A DNA stretch of 64,000 nt. Origin: Escherichia coli. GTDB lineage: Bacteria; Pseudomonadota; Gammaproteobacteria; Enterobacterales; Enterobacteriaceae. Location: assembly GCF_036507355.1 (NCBI RefSeq), contig NZ_AP027877.1. One strand, written 5' to 3'. Shown here piece by piece: positions 1 to 14,000 of this stretch (the stretch's first letter is position 1; each line of letters opens with the position of its first letter). A program made the translations under genes and the position numbers. The notes beneath the pieces were generated by a model. That model searched no databases and was not told the DNA's origin. It worked only from the letters and a program-made list of their open reading frames with translations.

Positions 1-616
<616 letters not shown>

Positions 617-626
617 GGAGCCTGAG

Positions 627-2182
<1,556 letters not shown>

Positions 2183-2189
2183 AATTTCA

Positions 2190-2216
2190 TCGGGTCCGAA
2201 TTTTCGGACCTTTTCT
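2190..2216 (+). terminator. Putative rho-independent terminator after ampC
   Basis: Hairpin GGTCCGAATTTTCGGACC followed by a T-rich tract immediately after the ampC stop. Confidence 0.5.
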
Positions 2217-2270
2217 CCGCTTTTCCTTGCTGTCATCTACACTTAGAAAAAAACCAGTAAGGAAACATTT

Positions 2271-2804
2271 ATGCGCCTGCTCCCTCTCGTTGCCGCAGCG
2301 ACAGCTGCATTTCTGGTCGTTGCCTGCAGTTCTCCTACGCCGCCGCGTGGCGTGACCGTAGTGAATAATTTCGACACCAAACGTTATCTCGGTACCTGGT
2401 ATGAGATTGCCCGTTTTGATCACCGCTTTGAACGTGGACTGGAAAAAGTCACCGCAACATACAGCCTGCGTGATGACGGCGGCCTGAATGTCATTAATAA
2501 AGGCTATAGCCCTGACAGAGGAATGTGGCAGCAGAGTGAAGGGAAAGCGTACTTTACCGGCGCACCAACTCGCGCTGCGCTGAAAGTGTCATTCTTTGGT
2601 CCTTTCTATGGCGGTTATAACGTTATTGCACTCGATCGGGAATACCACCATGCGCTGGTTTGCGGCCCGGACCGCGACTACCTGTGGATACTCTCCCGCA
2701 CGCCAACCATTTCTGACGAAGTGAAACAGGAGATGCTGGCAGTCGCGACCCGGGAAGGGTTTGATGTCAGTAAGTTTATTTGGGTACAGCAGCCCGGTAG
2801 TTAA
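2271..2804 (+). CDS. blc: Outer-membrane lipocalin Blc (177 aa)
   Basis: Track ORF 2271..2804; lipoprotein signal (LVVACSS lipobox) and lipocalin sequence recognised. Confidence 0.93.
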   Translation: MRLLPLVAAATAAFLVVACSSPTPPRGVTVVNNFDTKRYLGTWYEIARFDHRFERGLEKVTATYSLRDDGGLNVINKGYSPDRGMWQQSEGKAYFTGAPTRAALKVSFFGPFYGGYNVIALDREYHHALVCGPDRDYLWILSRTPTISDEVKQEMLAVATREGFDVSKFIWVQQPGS

Positions 2805-3118
2805 TGAGTGCTGAGTTTCAGACCAATAATCCCCAATACGATTAACGCCAGACTCGCCAGGCGCATCGGGTTAGCGGACTCACCGAGCAGCACAATGCCG
2901 GTGATGGCCGCGCCGACTGCGCCAATCCCCGTCCACACGGCATAAGCCGTTCCAACCGGTAACGATTTCATCGCCCAGGCAAGTAGCGCCATACTGACAA
3001 TCATCGCCGTCACGGTAATAACACTTGGCGTCAAACGACTAAAGCCGTGGGTATATTTCAGGCCAACGGCCCATACCACTTCCAGCAGACCAGCAATAAC
3101 TAAGATAATCCAGGACAT
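2801..3118 (-). CDS. gdx: SMR-family guanidinium exporter Gdx/SugE (105 aa)
   Basis: Within track ORF 2801..3181(-); start placed at Met 22 ([26 protein letters not shown]...) to match the known 105-aa four-helix SMR protein. Confidence 0.9.
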   Translation of the reverse strand: MSWIILVIAGLLEVVWAVGLKYTHGFSRLTPSVITVTAMIVSMALLAWAMKSLPVGTAYAVWTGIGAVGAAITGIVLLGESANPMRLASLALIVLGIIGLKLSTH

Positions 3119-3298
3119 ATCAGGCTCCGGAGAATTGGGGCCGTCCCCGGTGAAAAGAGGCGTTTGCAGGTCGTCCTGCAAAGCTGATGGTTGAACGGAT
3201 ATTTTGCCAGGTGGCAGAGGAATTTCAACTATTACCTTTGTGACTATCGCAAAAAAACAAACGGCACGACACAGCTGTCGTACCGTTATTGCTTATTG

Positions 3299-3445
3299 CT
3301 ATTGCTGCGCTTTCGTTGCTGCGCCAGAAATCGCGTTACCGCCATCAGAAATGTCTTCACCAACGCCACGCGTGGTGTTGCAGGCAGTTAATACTGTTGA
3401 AAGCACCAGAACAGAAAAGATCGCTGCAATTGTCTTCTTCACCAT
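3299..3445 (-). CDS. ecnB: Entericidin B lipoprotein (48 aa)
   Basis: Reverse-complement translation gives [48 protein letters not shown]; below the track's length cutoff, located by hand. Confidence 0.9.
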
Positions 3446-3555
3446 AACGTCTTCCTTTTAGGTAATGTTATTTATGTTTGCCTATAGCAAATTAATAATA
3501 GACAACATCGCCAAAAATGATGGAAATCTGATGATTTTTCGGAAGAGAAGAAGAA

Positions 3556-3681
3556 TTAGCTGGCAGCGCGGGAGATGGAGTTGCCGAGATGTTTGATGTC
3601 TTCGCCGAAACCGCGAGCGGTGTTACAGCCCGTGAGCAGCGTGCTGGCAAGCAAAACAAGAACGATAAGGCGTTTCATCAT
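3556..3681 (-). CDS. ecnA: Entericidin A lipoprotein (41 aa)
   Basis: Reverse-complement translation gives [41 protein letters not shown]; lipobox LLTGC; located by hand. Confidence 0.88.
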   Translation of the reverse strand: MMKRLIVLVLLASTLLTGCNTARGFGEDIKHLGNSISRAAS

Positions 3682-3732
3682 CTCTGACCTGAATAAGTGA
3701 TGGTGCAGCCTGCAGGCCGCACCACAACCGCA

Positions 3733-4299
3733 TTACTTCACGCGAGAGACGTATTCACCAGAGCGGGTATCCACTTTGATGACTTCGCCGATTTGTACGA
3801 ACAGCGGAACTTTAACCACAGCGCCAGTAGACAGGGTAGCCGGTTTGCCGCCAGTACCTGCGGTATCACCTTTCAGGCCCGGATCGGTATCAACGATTTC
3901 CAGTTCAACGAAGTTCGGCGGAGTAACGGAGATCGGCTGACCATTCCACAGAGTTACGATACACTCTGCCTGATCCAGCAGCCATTTAGCGTTGTCGCCA
4001 ATTGCTTTTGCGTCAGCAGACAGCTGCTCGAAAGTTTCGTTGTTCATGAAGTGCCAGAACTCACCGTCGTTGTACAGGTAAGTCAGGTTCATATCGACAA
4101 CATCAGCGCCTTCAGCGGAATCAGTAGATTTGAAGGTTTTTTCTACGCGAGTACCGGTCAGCAGACGACGCAGTTTAACGCGAGCAAATGCCTGGCCTTT
4201 ACCCGGTTTTACGAATTCACTCGCTTCAACCGCGTAAGGTTCGCCGTCTAACATGATTTTAAGACCAGCACGAAAATCGTTGCTATAGTACGTTGCCAT
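3733..4299 (-). CDS. efp: Elongation factor P (188 aa)
   Basis: Track ORF 3733..4299(-); [46 protein letters not shown]... with the modified Lys34 context KPGKGQA. Confidence 0.97.
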
Positions 4300-4340
4300 A
4301 AGGCCCTCTGAAATTTGTTAATTGGTAGCTAAGCCACAAA

Positions 4341-5369
4341 ATGGCGCATATTGTAACCCTAAATACCCCATCCAGAGAAGATTGGTTAACGCAACTTGCC
4401 GATGTTGTGACCGATCCTGATGAACTTCTGCGTCTTTTGAATATAGACGCGGACGAAAAACTGTTGGCCGGACGCAGCGCCAAAAAGCTGTTTGCCCTGC
4501 GTGTGCCCCGCTCATTTATCGATCGCATGGAGAAAGGCAATCCGGACGATCCTCTTTTGCGTCAGGTACTTACCTCGCAAGATGAGTTTGTCGTCGCACC
4601 CGGATTCTCCACCGACCCACTGGAAGAACAGCACAGCGTAGTGCCTGGTTTGTTGCATAAATACCACAACCGGGCGCTTTTGCTGGTCAAAGGCGGCTGC
4701 GCGGTAAATTGCCGCTATTGCTTCCGTCGTCACTTCCCTTATGCCGAAAATCAGGGCAACAAGCGTAACTGGCAAACTGCACTTGAGTATGTTGCTGCGC
4801 ATCCGGAACTGGACGAGATGATTTTCTCCGGCGGCGATCCGCTGATGGCGAAAGATCACGAGCTGGACTGGTTGCTCACACAACTGGAAGCCATCCCGCA
4901 TATCAAACGTCTGCGGATTCACAGTCGTCTGCCGATTGTGATCCCGGCACGCATCACAGATGCGCTGGTTGAACGCTTTTCACATTCTACGCTGCAAATC
5001 TTGCTGGTGAATCACATCAACCATGCCAATGAGATAGATGAAACATTCCGTCAGGCGATGGCTAAGTTGCGCCGGGTAGGCGTTACTTTGCTGAACCAGA
5101 GCGTTCTGTTACGTGGTGTGAACGATAACGCACAAACGCTGGCAAACCTGAGTAATGCGTTGTTCGATGCCGGCGTAATGCCGTATTACCTGCATGTGCT
5201 CGATAAAGTACAGGGCGCGGCGCATTTTATGGTGAGTGATGACGAAGCACGGCAGATTATGCGTGAGTTGCTGACACTGGTATCGGGATATCTGGTGCCG
5301 AAACTGGCGCGAGAAATTGGCGGCGAACCCAGCAAAACGCCGCTGGATCTCCAGCTACGCCAGCAGTAA
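4341..5369 (+). CDS. epmB: EF-P beta-lysylation enzyme EpmB (lysine 2,3-aminomutase family, 342 aa)
   Basis: Track ORF 4341..5369; radical-SAM CxxxCxxC motif (CAVNCRYC); divergent from efp as in E. coli. Confidence 0.95.
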   Translation: MAHIVTLNTPSREDWLTQLADVVTDPDELLRLLNIDADEKLLAGRSAKKLFALRVPRSFIDRMEKGNPDDPLLRQVLTSQDEFVVAPGFSTDPLEEQHSVVPGLLHKYHNRALLLVKGGCAVNCRYCFRRHFPYAENQGNKRNWQTALEYVAAHPELDEMIFSGGDPLMAKDHELDWLLTQLEAIPHIKRLRIHSRLPIVIPARITDALVERFSHSTLQILLVNHINHANEIDETFRQAMAKLRRVGVTLLNQSVLLRGVNDNAQTLANLSNALFDAGVMPYYLHVLDKVQGAAHFMVSDDEARQIMRELLTLVSGYLVPKLAREIGGEPSKTPLDLQLRQQ

Positions 5370-5400
5370 CTGATTAAACAGGGAAGTCAAACATTAAAAT

Positions 5401-5502
<102 letters not shown>

Positions 5503-5617
5503 GAGCAACAAACGCAAGTACAGCAACCTGTCATTAAACTGGGAAATTTAATCTTTGCCCGTTGCATAACCTTTAATTATTCATATGCATTGCTGTTGTT
5601 ACTCTTTATATAACTAA

Positions 5618-5626
5618 CACCAATAA
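5618..5626. repeat. Left copy of IS1 target-site duplication (CACCAATAA)
   Basis: 9-bp sequence immediately left of the IS1 end, identical to 6395-6403. Confidence 0.9.
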
Positions 5627-5681
5627 GGTGATGCTGCCAACTTACTGATTTAGTGTATGATGGTGTTTTTGAGGTGCTCCA

Positions 5682-5957
5682 GTGGCTTCTGTTTCTATCA
5701 GCTGTCCCTCCTGTTCAGCTACTGACGGGGTGGTGCGTAACGGCAAAAGCACCGCCGGACATCAGCGCTATCTCTGCTCTCACTGCCGTAAAACATGGCA
5801 ACTGCAGTTCACTTACACCGCTTCTCAACCCGGTACGCACCAGAAAATCATTGATATGGCCATGAATGGCGTTGGATGCCGGGCAACAGCCCGCATTATG
5901 GGCATTGGCCTCAACACGATTTTACGTCACTTAAAAAACTCAGGCCGCAGTCGGTAA
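5682..5957 (+). CDS. insA: IS1 InsA (91 aa; GTG start)
   Basis: Track ORF 5682..5957; [40 protein letters not shown]... zinc-finger InsA. Confidence 0.9.
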   Translation: MASVSISCPSCSATDGVVRNGKSTAGHQRYLCSHCRKTWQLQFTYTASQPGTHQKIIDMAMNGVGCRATARIMGIGLNTILRHLKNSGRSR

Positions 5958-6379
5958 CCTCGCGCATACAGCCGGGCAGTGACGTCATCGTCTGCGCGGA
6001 AATGGACGAACAGTGGGGCTATGTCGGGGCTAAATCGCGCCAGCGCTGGCTGTTTTACGCGTATGACAGGCTCCGGAAGACGGTTGTTGCGCACGTATTC
6101 GGTGAACGCACGATGGCGACGCTGGGGCGTCTTATGAGCCTGCTGTCACCCTTTGACGTGGTGATATGGATGACGGATGGCTGGCCGCTGTATGAATCCC
6201 GCCTGAAGGGAAAGCTGCACGTAATCAGCAAGCGATATACGCAGCGAATTGAGCGGCATAACCTGAATCTGAGGCAGCACCTGGCACGGCTGGGACGGAA
6301 GTCGCTGTCGTTCTCAAAATCGGTGGAGCTGCATGACAAAGTCATCGGGCATTATCTGAACATAAAACACTATCAATAA
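5876..6379 (+). CDS. insB: IS1 InsB reading frame (transposase made as InsAB' by -1 frameshift at the A6C motif near 5934-5940)
   Basis: Track ORF 5876..6379 in the -1 frame relative to insA; AAAAAAC slippery run in the overlap; C-terminal sequence typical of IS1 InsB. Confidence 0.85.
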   Translation: MPGNSPHYGHWPQHDFTSLKKLRPQSVTSRIQPGSDVIVCAEMDEQWGYVGAKSRQRWLFYAYDRLRKTVVAHVFGERTMATLGRLMSLLSPFDVVIWMTDGWPLYESRLKGKLHVISKRYTQRIERHNLNLRQHLARLGRKSLSFSKSVELHDKVIGHYLNIKHYQ

Positions 6380-6394
6380 GTTGGAGTCATTACC

Positions 6395-6403
6395 CACCAA
6401 TAA
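6395..6403. repeat. Right copy of IS1 target-site duplication (CACCAATAA)
   Basis: Identical 9-mer directly abutting the right IS1 end. Confidence 0.9.
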
Positions 6404-6540
6404 TTAACCTTTCTTTTCTGTTTATATAGAGTGAGTACGGCTATTTATGTTATTTTAACAACTATTACTACCAAGCCCATTTATCTGGCTTATAAATTAA
6501 AATTAATTATTTAATTGAGAAATGGTTAGGGAGAACCTAC

Positions 6541-7410
6541 ATGGCCATAAGCATCAAGGGTGTTAATACCGGTGTTATTCGCAAGAGTAATAATTTCATT
6601 GCACTGGCGCTGAAAATTAAAGAACCTCGCAATAAAGAATCGTTGTTCTTTATGTCTGTCATGGAACTGCGCGACCTGCTGATTGCGCTGGAAAGTCGTC
6701 TGCATCAAAAGCATAAACTGGATGCTGCTGCACGCCTTCAGTATGAGCAAGCTCGCGATAAAGTCATTAAGAAAATGGCAGAAAACATCCCAGAAATTCT
6801 GGTTGATGAGCTTAAAAATGCCGATATTAATCGTCGGGTTAACACGCTGGAACTTACCGATAATCAAGGCGAAAATCTTACCTTCGTATTAACGCTACAT
6901 GACGGTAGCAAATGTGAGTTAGTCGTCAATGAATTGCAGATTGAAATGCTGGCGCGAGCAATCATTCATGCAATTAATAATGCAGAAATGCGCGAACTGG
7001 CATTACGTATTACCTCACTGTTAGATTTCCTGCCGTTATACGACGTTGACTGCCAGGAAAATGGCAATCTGGAATATGACACCTATTCCCAACCGGAATG
7101 GAAACATAACTTGTTCGACCATTATCTGGCGGTGCTTTACCGCTTTAAAGATGAAAGTGGCAAAGAACAATTTAGCGGCGCAGTGGTGAAAACGCGTGAA
7201 GCAACGCCGGGTAAAGAAATAGAGGCGATCACTCGCCGAATGCTTGATTTCAGCCCACGACTGAAAAAACTCGTGGGTGTGCCATGTCAGGTCTATGTTC
7301 GCACCGTAGCGGCGAATAACGCCCAACCGCTAACCCAGGATCAATGCTTACGCGCGCTGCATCACTTACGTGTTCAATCCACCAGCAAAACTGCACCACA
7401 GGCGAAATAA
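6541..7410 (+). CDS. yjeJ: Uncharacterised protein YjeJ (289 aa)
   Basis: Track ORF 6541..7410; sequence recognised as E. coli YjeJ; visibly AT-rich relative to its neighbours. Confidence 0.85.
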   Translation: MAISIKGVNTGVIRKSNNFIALALKIKEPRNKESLFFMSVMELRDLLIALESRLHQKHKLDAAARLQYEQARDKVIKKMAENIPEILVDELKNADINRRVNTLELTDNQGENLTFVLTLHDGSKCELVVNELQIEMLARAIIHAINNAEMRELALRITSLLDFLPLYDVDCQENGNLEYDTYSQPEWKHNLFDHYLAVLYRFKDESGKEQFSGAVVKTREATPGKEIEAITRRMLDFSPRLKKLVGVPCQVYVRTVAANNAQPLTQDQCLRALHHLRVQSTSKTAPQAK

Positions 7411-7478
7411 TCTCATCTTTGCTAATGCGAGGCTGGAGCCATCCAGCCTGAAATGACTGATAACGTGATCGTTGGTCA

Positions 7479-7580
<102 letters not shown>

Positions 7581-7602
7581 TTATACGTTTGTCACCATCA
7601 CA

Positions 7603-7956
7603 TCAGTTCGGGCACTTATAAACCTGACCGATAATCTGGCTATCCGTCGGGACAAAACTGGACAACATTCCCTGCGACGGGCTGCTGATGCCATAAATCA
7701 CGTTACCGCCCATTGCAGCCGCCTGGTTGCGCAGATCGTTTGCTGCGCCGCGCATAGAACCGCCTTCTTCTCCGTGTTGCCCGGAAAGCCAGTTGCTTTG
7801 CTTACCTGTCGCAGTACCAATCAGCTGGCACTCTGCGCCTGGCTGCTCGTCCACAATGCGTACACTCTGACCGGCAGCACTCAATTCGTTGCTGGAGCTA
7901 CAACCCGCCATCAGTAGCGCGGCACCGACAATCCCTGCTAAGTATTTTACGTGCAT
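7603..7956 (-). CDS. yjeI: Putative lipoprotein YjeI (117 aa)
   Basis: Within track ORF 7603..7989(-); start placed at MHVKYLAGIVGAALLMAGCSS (lipobox LMAGC). Confidence 0.85.
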   Translation of the reverse strand: MHVKYLAGIVGAALLMAGCSSSNELSAAGQSVRIVDEQPGAECQLIGTATGKQSNWLSGQHGEEGGSMRGAANDLRNQAAAMGGNVIYGISSPSQGMLSSFVPTDSQIIGQVYKCPN

Positions 7957-8093
7957 GTTATTCCCCATAATCAATGAGCTGGACGCCACTCGCGTCGTCC
8001 GTGTCTGAATCTTATACTAGAAAGATGACCAAAAGAAAAACCCCCAGACATTTCTGCCCGGGGGTTTGTTTATTTCTGCGAGGTGCAGGGCAA

Positions 8094-9761
<1,668 letters not shown>

Positions 9762-9792
9762 TTAAATTCGTATGTTCAGTGTCGTGCGAGGA

Positions 9793-10137
<345 letters not shown>

Positions 10138-10159
10138 TTACGTGGTTTCCCGGCTGGTG

Positions 10160-10200
10160 ACCAGAGAAATGGGGATGAGGCTTCGCCCCTTCAAGGGGGA
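10160..10200 (-). promoter_or_regulatory. groESL heat-shock (sigma-32) promoter
   Basis: On the minus strand upstream of groES: CCCCCTTGAAGGGG (-35-like CTTGAA) and CCCCATTTCT (-10-like CCCCATnT), matching the sigma-32 consensus. Confidence 0.6.
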
Positions 10201-10361
10201 AAAAGAAAAAAAATTCTGATCAGCACAAAATCGGGTGAAAACCCTGATTCACCTCACATTTCATCGCAATTTCTTCATCGCCGTCATAAGCGAATCTGAT
10301 TGTGCTACCATCGAAAATCTACGCAGTTGCCCAAAATTTGGGCGTAATCGGACATCAACCC

Positions 10362-11618
10362 ATGAGTGGACTCAAACAAGAACTGGGGCTGGCCCAGGGC
10401 ATTGGCCTGCTATCGACGTCATTATTAGGCACTGGCGTGTTTGCCGTTCCTGCGTTAGCTGCACTGGTAGCGGGCAATAACAGCCTGTGGGCGTGGCCCG
10501 TTTTGATTATCTTAGTGTTCCCGATTGCGATTGTGTTTGCGATTCTGGGTCGCCACTATCCCAGCGCAGGCGGCGTCGCGCACTTCGTCGGTATGGCGTT
10601 TGGTTCGCGGCTTGAGCGAGTCACCGGCTGGCTGTTTTTATCGGTCATTCCCGTGGGTTTGCCTGCCGCGCTACAAATTGCTGCCGGATTCGGCCAGGCA
10701 ATGTTTGGCTGGCATAGCTGGCAACTGTTGTTGGCAGAACTCGGTACGCTGGCGTTGGTGTGGTATATCGGTACTCGCGGTGCCAGTTCCAGTGCAAATC
10801 TACAAACCGTTATTGCCGGACTTATCGTCGCACTGATTGTCGCTATCTGGTGGGCGGGCGATATCAAACCTGCGAGTATCCCCTTCCCCGCGCCAGGAAA
10901 TATCGAACTTACCGGGTTATTTGCTGCGTTATCAGTGATGTTCTGGTGTTTTGTCGGTCTTGAAGCATTTGCCCATCTTGCCTCGGAATTTAAAAATCCA
11001 GAACGTGATTTTCCTCGTGCTTTGATGATTGGTCTGCTGCTGGCAGGATTAGTCTACTGGGGCTGTACGGTAGTCGTCTTACACTTCGACGCCTATGGTG
11101 AACAAATGGCCGCGGCAGCATCGCTTCCAAAAATTGTAGTGCAACTGTTCGGTGTAGGAGCGTTATGGATTGCCTGCGTAATTGGCTATCTGGCCTGCTT
11201 TGCCAGTCTCAACATTTATATACAGAGCTTCGCCCGCCTGGTCTGGTCGCAGGCGCAACATAATCCTGACCACTACCTGGCACGCCTCTCTTCTCGCCAT
11301 ATCCCGAATAATGCCCTCAATGCGGTGCTCGGCTGCTGCGTGGTGAGCACGTTGGTGATTCATGCTTTAGAGATCAATCTGGACGCTCTTATTATTTATG
11401 CCAATGGCATCTTTATTATGATTTATCTGTTATGCATGCTGGCAGGCTGTAAATTATTGCAAGGTCGTTATCGACTACTGGCGGTGGTTGGCGGGCTGTT
11501 ATGCGTTCTGTTACTGACAATGGTCGGCTGGAAAAGTCTCTATGCGCTGATTATGCTGGCGGGGTTATGGCTGTTTCTGCCAAAACGAAAAACGCCGGAA
11601 AATGGCATAACCACATAA
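10362..11618 (+). CDS. yjeH: Amino-acid exporter YjeH (APC family, 418 aa)
   Basis: Within track ORF 10302..11618; start ATG 10362 (MSGLKQELGLAQGIGLLSTSLLGTGVFAVPALAAL...); polytopic membrane protein. Confidence 0.9.
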   Translation: MSGLKQELGLAQGIGLLSTSLLGTGVFAVPALAALVAGNNSLWAWPVLIILVFPIAIVFAILGRHYPSAGGVAHFVGMAFGSRLERVTGWLFLSVIPVGLPAALQIAAGFGQAMFGWHSWQLLLAELGTLALVWYIGTRGASSSANLQTVIAGLIVALIVAIWWAGDIKPASIPFPAPGNIELTGLFAALSVMFWCFVGLEAFAHLASEFKNPERDFPRALMIGLLLAGLVYWGCTVVVLHFDAYGEQMAAAASLPKIVVQLFGVGALWIACVIGYLACFASLNIYIQSFARLVWSQAQHNPDHYLARLSSRHIPNNALNAVLGCCVVSTLVIHALEINLDALIIYANGIFIMIYLLCMLAGCKLLQGRYRLLAVVGGLLCVLLLTMVGWKSLYALIMLAGLWLFLPKRKTPENGITT

Positions 11619-11633
11619 TCCGGCGTTTCGACA

Positions 11634-12110
11634 TTAATCCTGGCGATCGTCTTTATGATCAAGGCGGTCGCGGTCATCATCCTTTCGCTGGTACTCACCA
11701 TCAAAAGTATTACCGCCACCGGTCCCGGCGCTAAAACCGCCGCCTGGCATGCGAGAAAAGCGCAAATGTGGCATCAACTTCACTGTCAGATGCTTTTGCA
11801 CCGGCGGCAATAAAAGCAGAAGACCGAGGAAGTCGGTGAAAAAGCCCGGTAATAAAAGCAGCAAACCGGCAATGATCAGCGAAACACTTTTAATCATCTC
11901 CGCCGCAGGGTTTTCACCCGCCGCCATTTTTTGCTGCATCAGCACGAAATTCTTAAAGCCCTGGTTACGTACCAGTGACATACCGATAACTGACGTGAAT
12001 ATAACCAGCACGAGGGTCAGCAATACCCCCAATACATGGGCAACCTGAATAAAGATTGAAATCTCAATATAGACATAAAGGAAAATGGCAATAAAAGGTA
12101 ACCAGCGCAA
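11634..12110 (-). CDS. fxsA: FxsA inner-membrane protein (158 aa)
   Basis: Track ORF 11634..12110(-); MRWLPFIAIFLYVYIEISIFIQVAHVLGVLLTLVLVIF... with acidic C-terminal tail. Confidence 0.9.
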   Translation of the reverse strand: MRWLPFIAIFLYVYIEISIFIQVAHVLGVLLTLVLVIFTSVIGMSLVRNQGFKNFVLMQQKMAAGENPAAEMIKSVSLIIAGLLLLLPGFFTDFLGLLLLLPPVQKHLTVKLMPHLRFSRMPGGGFSAGTGGGNTFDGEYQRKDDDRDRLDHKDDRQD

Positions 12111-12446
12111 AGGTTTCTCCTGTAATAGCAGCCGGTAAAACCCGGCTACCTGAATGGGTTGCGAATCGCGTTCAGCTTATATTGTGGTCATTAGCAAAAT
12201 TTCAAGATGTTTGCGCAACTATTTTTGGTAGTAATCCCAAAGCGGTGATCTATTTCACAAATTAATAATTAAGGGGTAAAAACCGACACTTAAAGTGATC
12301 CAGATTACGGTAGAAATCCTCAAGCAGCATATGATCTCGGGTATTCGGTCGATGCAGGGGATAATCGTCGGTCGAAAAACATTCGAAACCACATATATTC
12401 TGTGTGCTTAAAGCAAATCATTGGCAGCTTGAAAAAGAAGGTTCAC

Positions 12447-13883
12447 ATGTCAAACAACATTCGTATCGAAGAAGATCTGTTGGGTACCAGGGAAGTTCCA
12501 GCTGATGCCTACTATGGTGTTCACACTCTGAGAGCGATTGAAAACTTCTATATCAGCAACAACAAAATCAGTGATATTCCTGAATTTGTTCGCGGTATGG
12601 TAATGGTTAAAAAAGCCGCAGCTATGGCAAACAAAGAGCTGCAAACCATTCCTAAAAGTGTAGCGAATGCCATCATTGCCGCATGTGATGAAGTCCTGAA
12701 CAACGGAAAATGCATGGATCAGTTCCCGGTAGACGTCTACCAGGGCGGCGCAGGTACTTCCGTAAACATGAACACCAACGAAGTGCTGGCCAATATCGGT
12801 CTGGAACTGATGGGTCACCAGAAAGGTGAATATCAGTACCTGAACCCGAACGACCATGTTAACAAATGTCAGTCCACTAACGACGCCTACCCGACCGGTT
12901 TCCGTATCGCAGTTTACTCTTCCCTGATTAAGCTGGTAGATGCGATTAACCAACTGCGTGAAGGCTTTGAACGTAAAGCTGTCGAATTCCAGGACATCCT
13001 GAAAATGGGTCGTACCCAGCTGCAGGACGCAGTACCGATGACCCTCGGTCAGGAATTCCGCGCTTTCAGCATCCTGCTGAAAGAAGAAGTGAAAAACATC
13101 CAACGTACCGCTGAACTGCTGCTGGAAGTTAACCTTGGCGCAACAGCAATCGGTACTGGTCTGAACACGCCGAAAGAGTACTCTCCGCTGGCAGTGAAAA
13201 AACTGGCTGAAGTCACTGGCTTCCCATGCGTACCGGCTGAAGACCTGATCGAAGCGACCTCAGACTGCGGCGCTTATGTTATGGTTCACGGTGCGCTGAA
13301 ACGCCTGGCTGTGAAGATGTCCAAAATCTGTAACGACCTGCGCTTGCTCTCTTCTGGTCCACGTGCCGGCCTGAACGAGATCAACCTGCCGGAACTGCAG
13401 GCGGGCTCTTCCATCATGCCAGCTAAAGTAAACCCGGTTGTTCCGGAAGTGGTTAACCAGGTATGCTTCAAAGTCATCGGTAACGACACCACTGTTACCA
13501 TGGCAGCAGAAGCAGGTCAGCTGCAGTTGAACGTTATGGAGCCGGTCATTGGCCAGGCCATGTTCGAATCCGTTCACATTCTGACCAACGCTTGCTACAA
13601 CCTGCTGGAAAAATGCATTAACGGCATCACTGCTAACAAAGAAGTGTGCGAAGGTTACGTTTACAACTCTATCGGTATCGTTACTTACCTGAACCCGTTC
13701 ATCGGTCACCACAACGGTGACATCGTGGGTAAAATCTGTGCCGAAACCGGTAAGAGTGTACGTGAAGTCGTTCTGGAACGCGGTCTGTTGACTGAAGCGG
13801 AACTTGACGATATTTTCTCCGTACAGAATCTGATGCACCCGGCTTACAAAGCAAAACGCTATACTGATGAAAGCGAACAGTAA
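12447..13883 (+). CDS. aspA: Aspartate ammonia-lyase AspA (478 aa)
   Basis: Within track ORF 12402..13883; start ATG 12447 ([34 protein letters not shown]...); fumarase/aspartase signature [10 protein letters not shown]. Confidence 0.97.
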
Positions 13884-13903
13884 TCGTACAGGGTAGTACA
13901 AAT

Positions 13904-13936
13904 AAAAAAGGCACGTCAGATGACGTGCCTTTTTTC
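13904..13936 (+). terminator. Rho-independent terminator after aspA
   Basis: AAAAAAGGCACGTCAGATGACGTGCCTTTTTTC: perfect hairpin flanked by A and T runs. Confidence 0.75.
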
Positions 13937-14000
13937 TTGTGAGCAGTAACTTAAAAATAACAATCTAATATCAACTTGTTAAAAAACAAGGAAGGCTAAT

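Larger units (their letters stand above)
5627..6394 (+). mobile_element. Insertion sequence IS1 (768 bp, complete)
   Basis: Ends GGTGATGCTGCCAACTTACTGAT... and ...ATCAATAAGTTGGAGTCATTACC are the IS1 terminal inverted repeats; contains insA and insB; flanked by a perfect 9-bp direct repeat. Confidence 0.95.

Noticed and set aside
5653-6345. Extra ORFs inside IS1 (5653..5865(+), 6055..6345(-)).
   Set aside because: These are alternative-frame or antisense readings within IS1; the real coding content is insA/insB.
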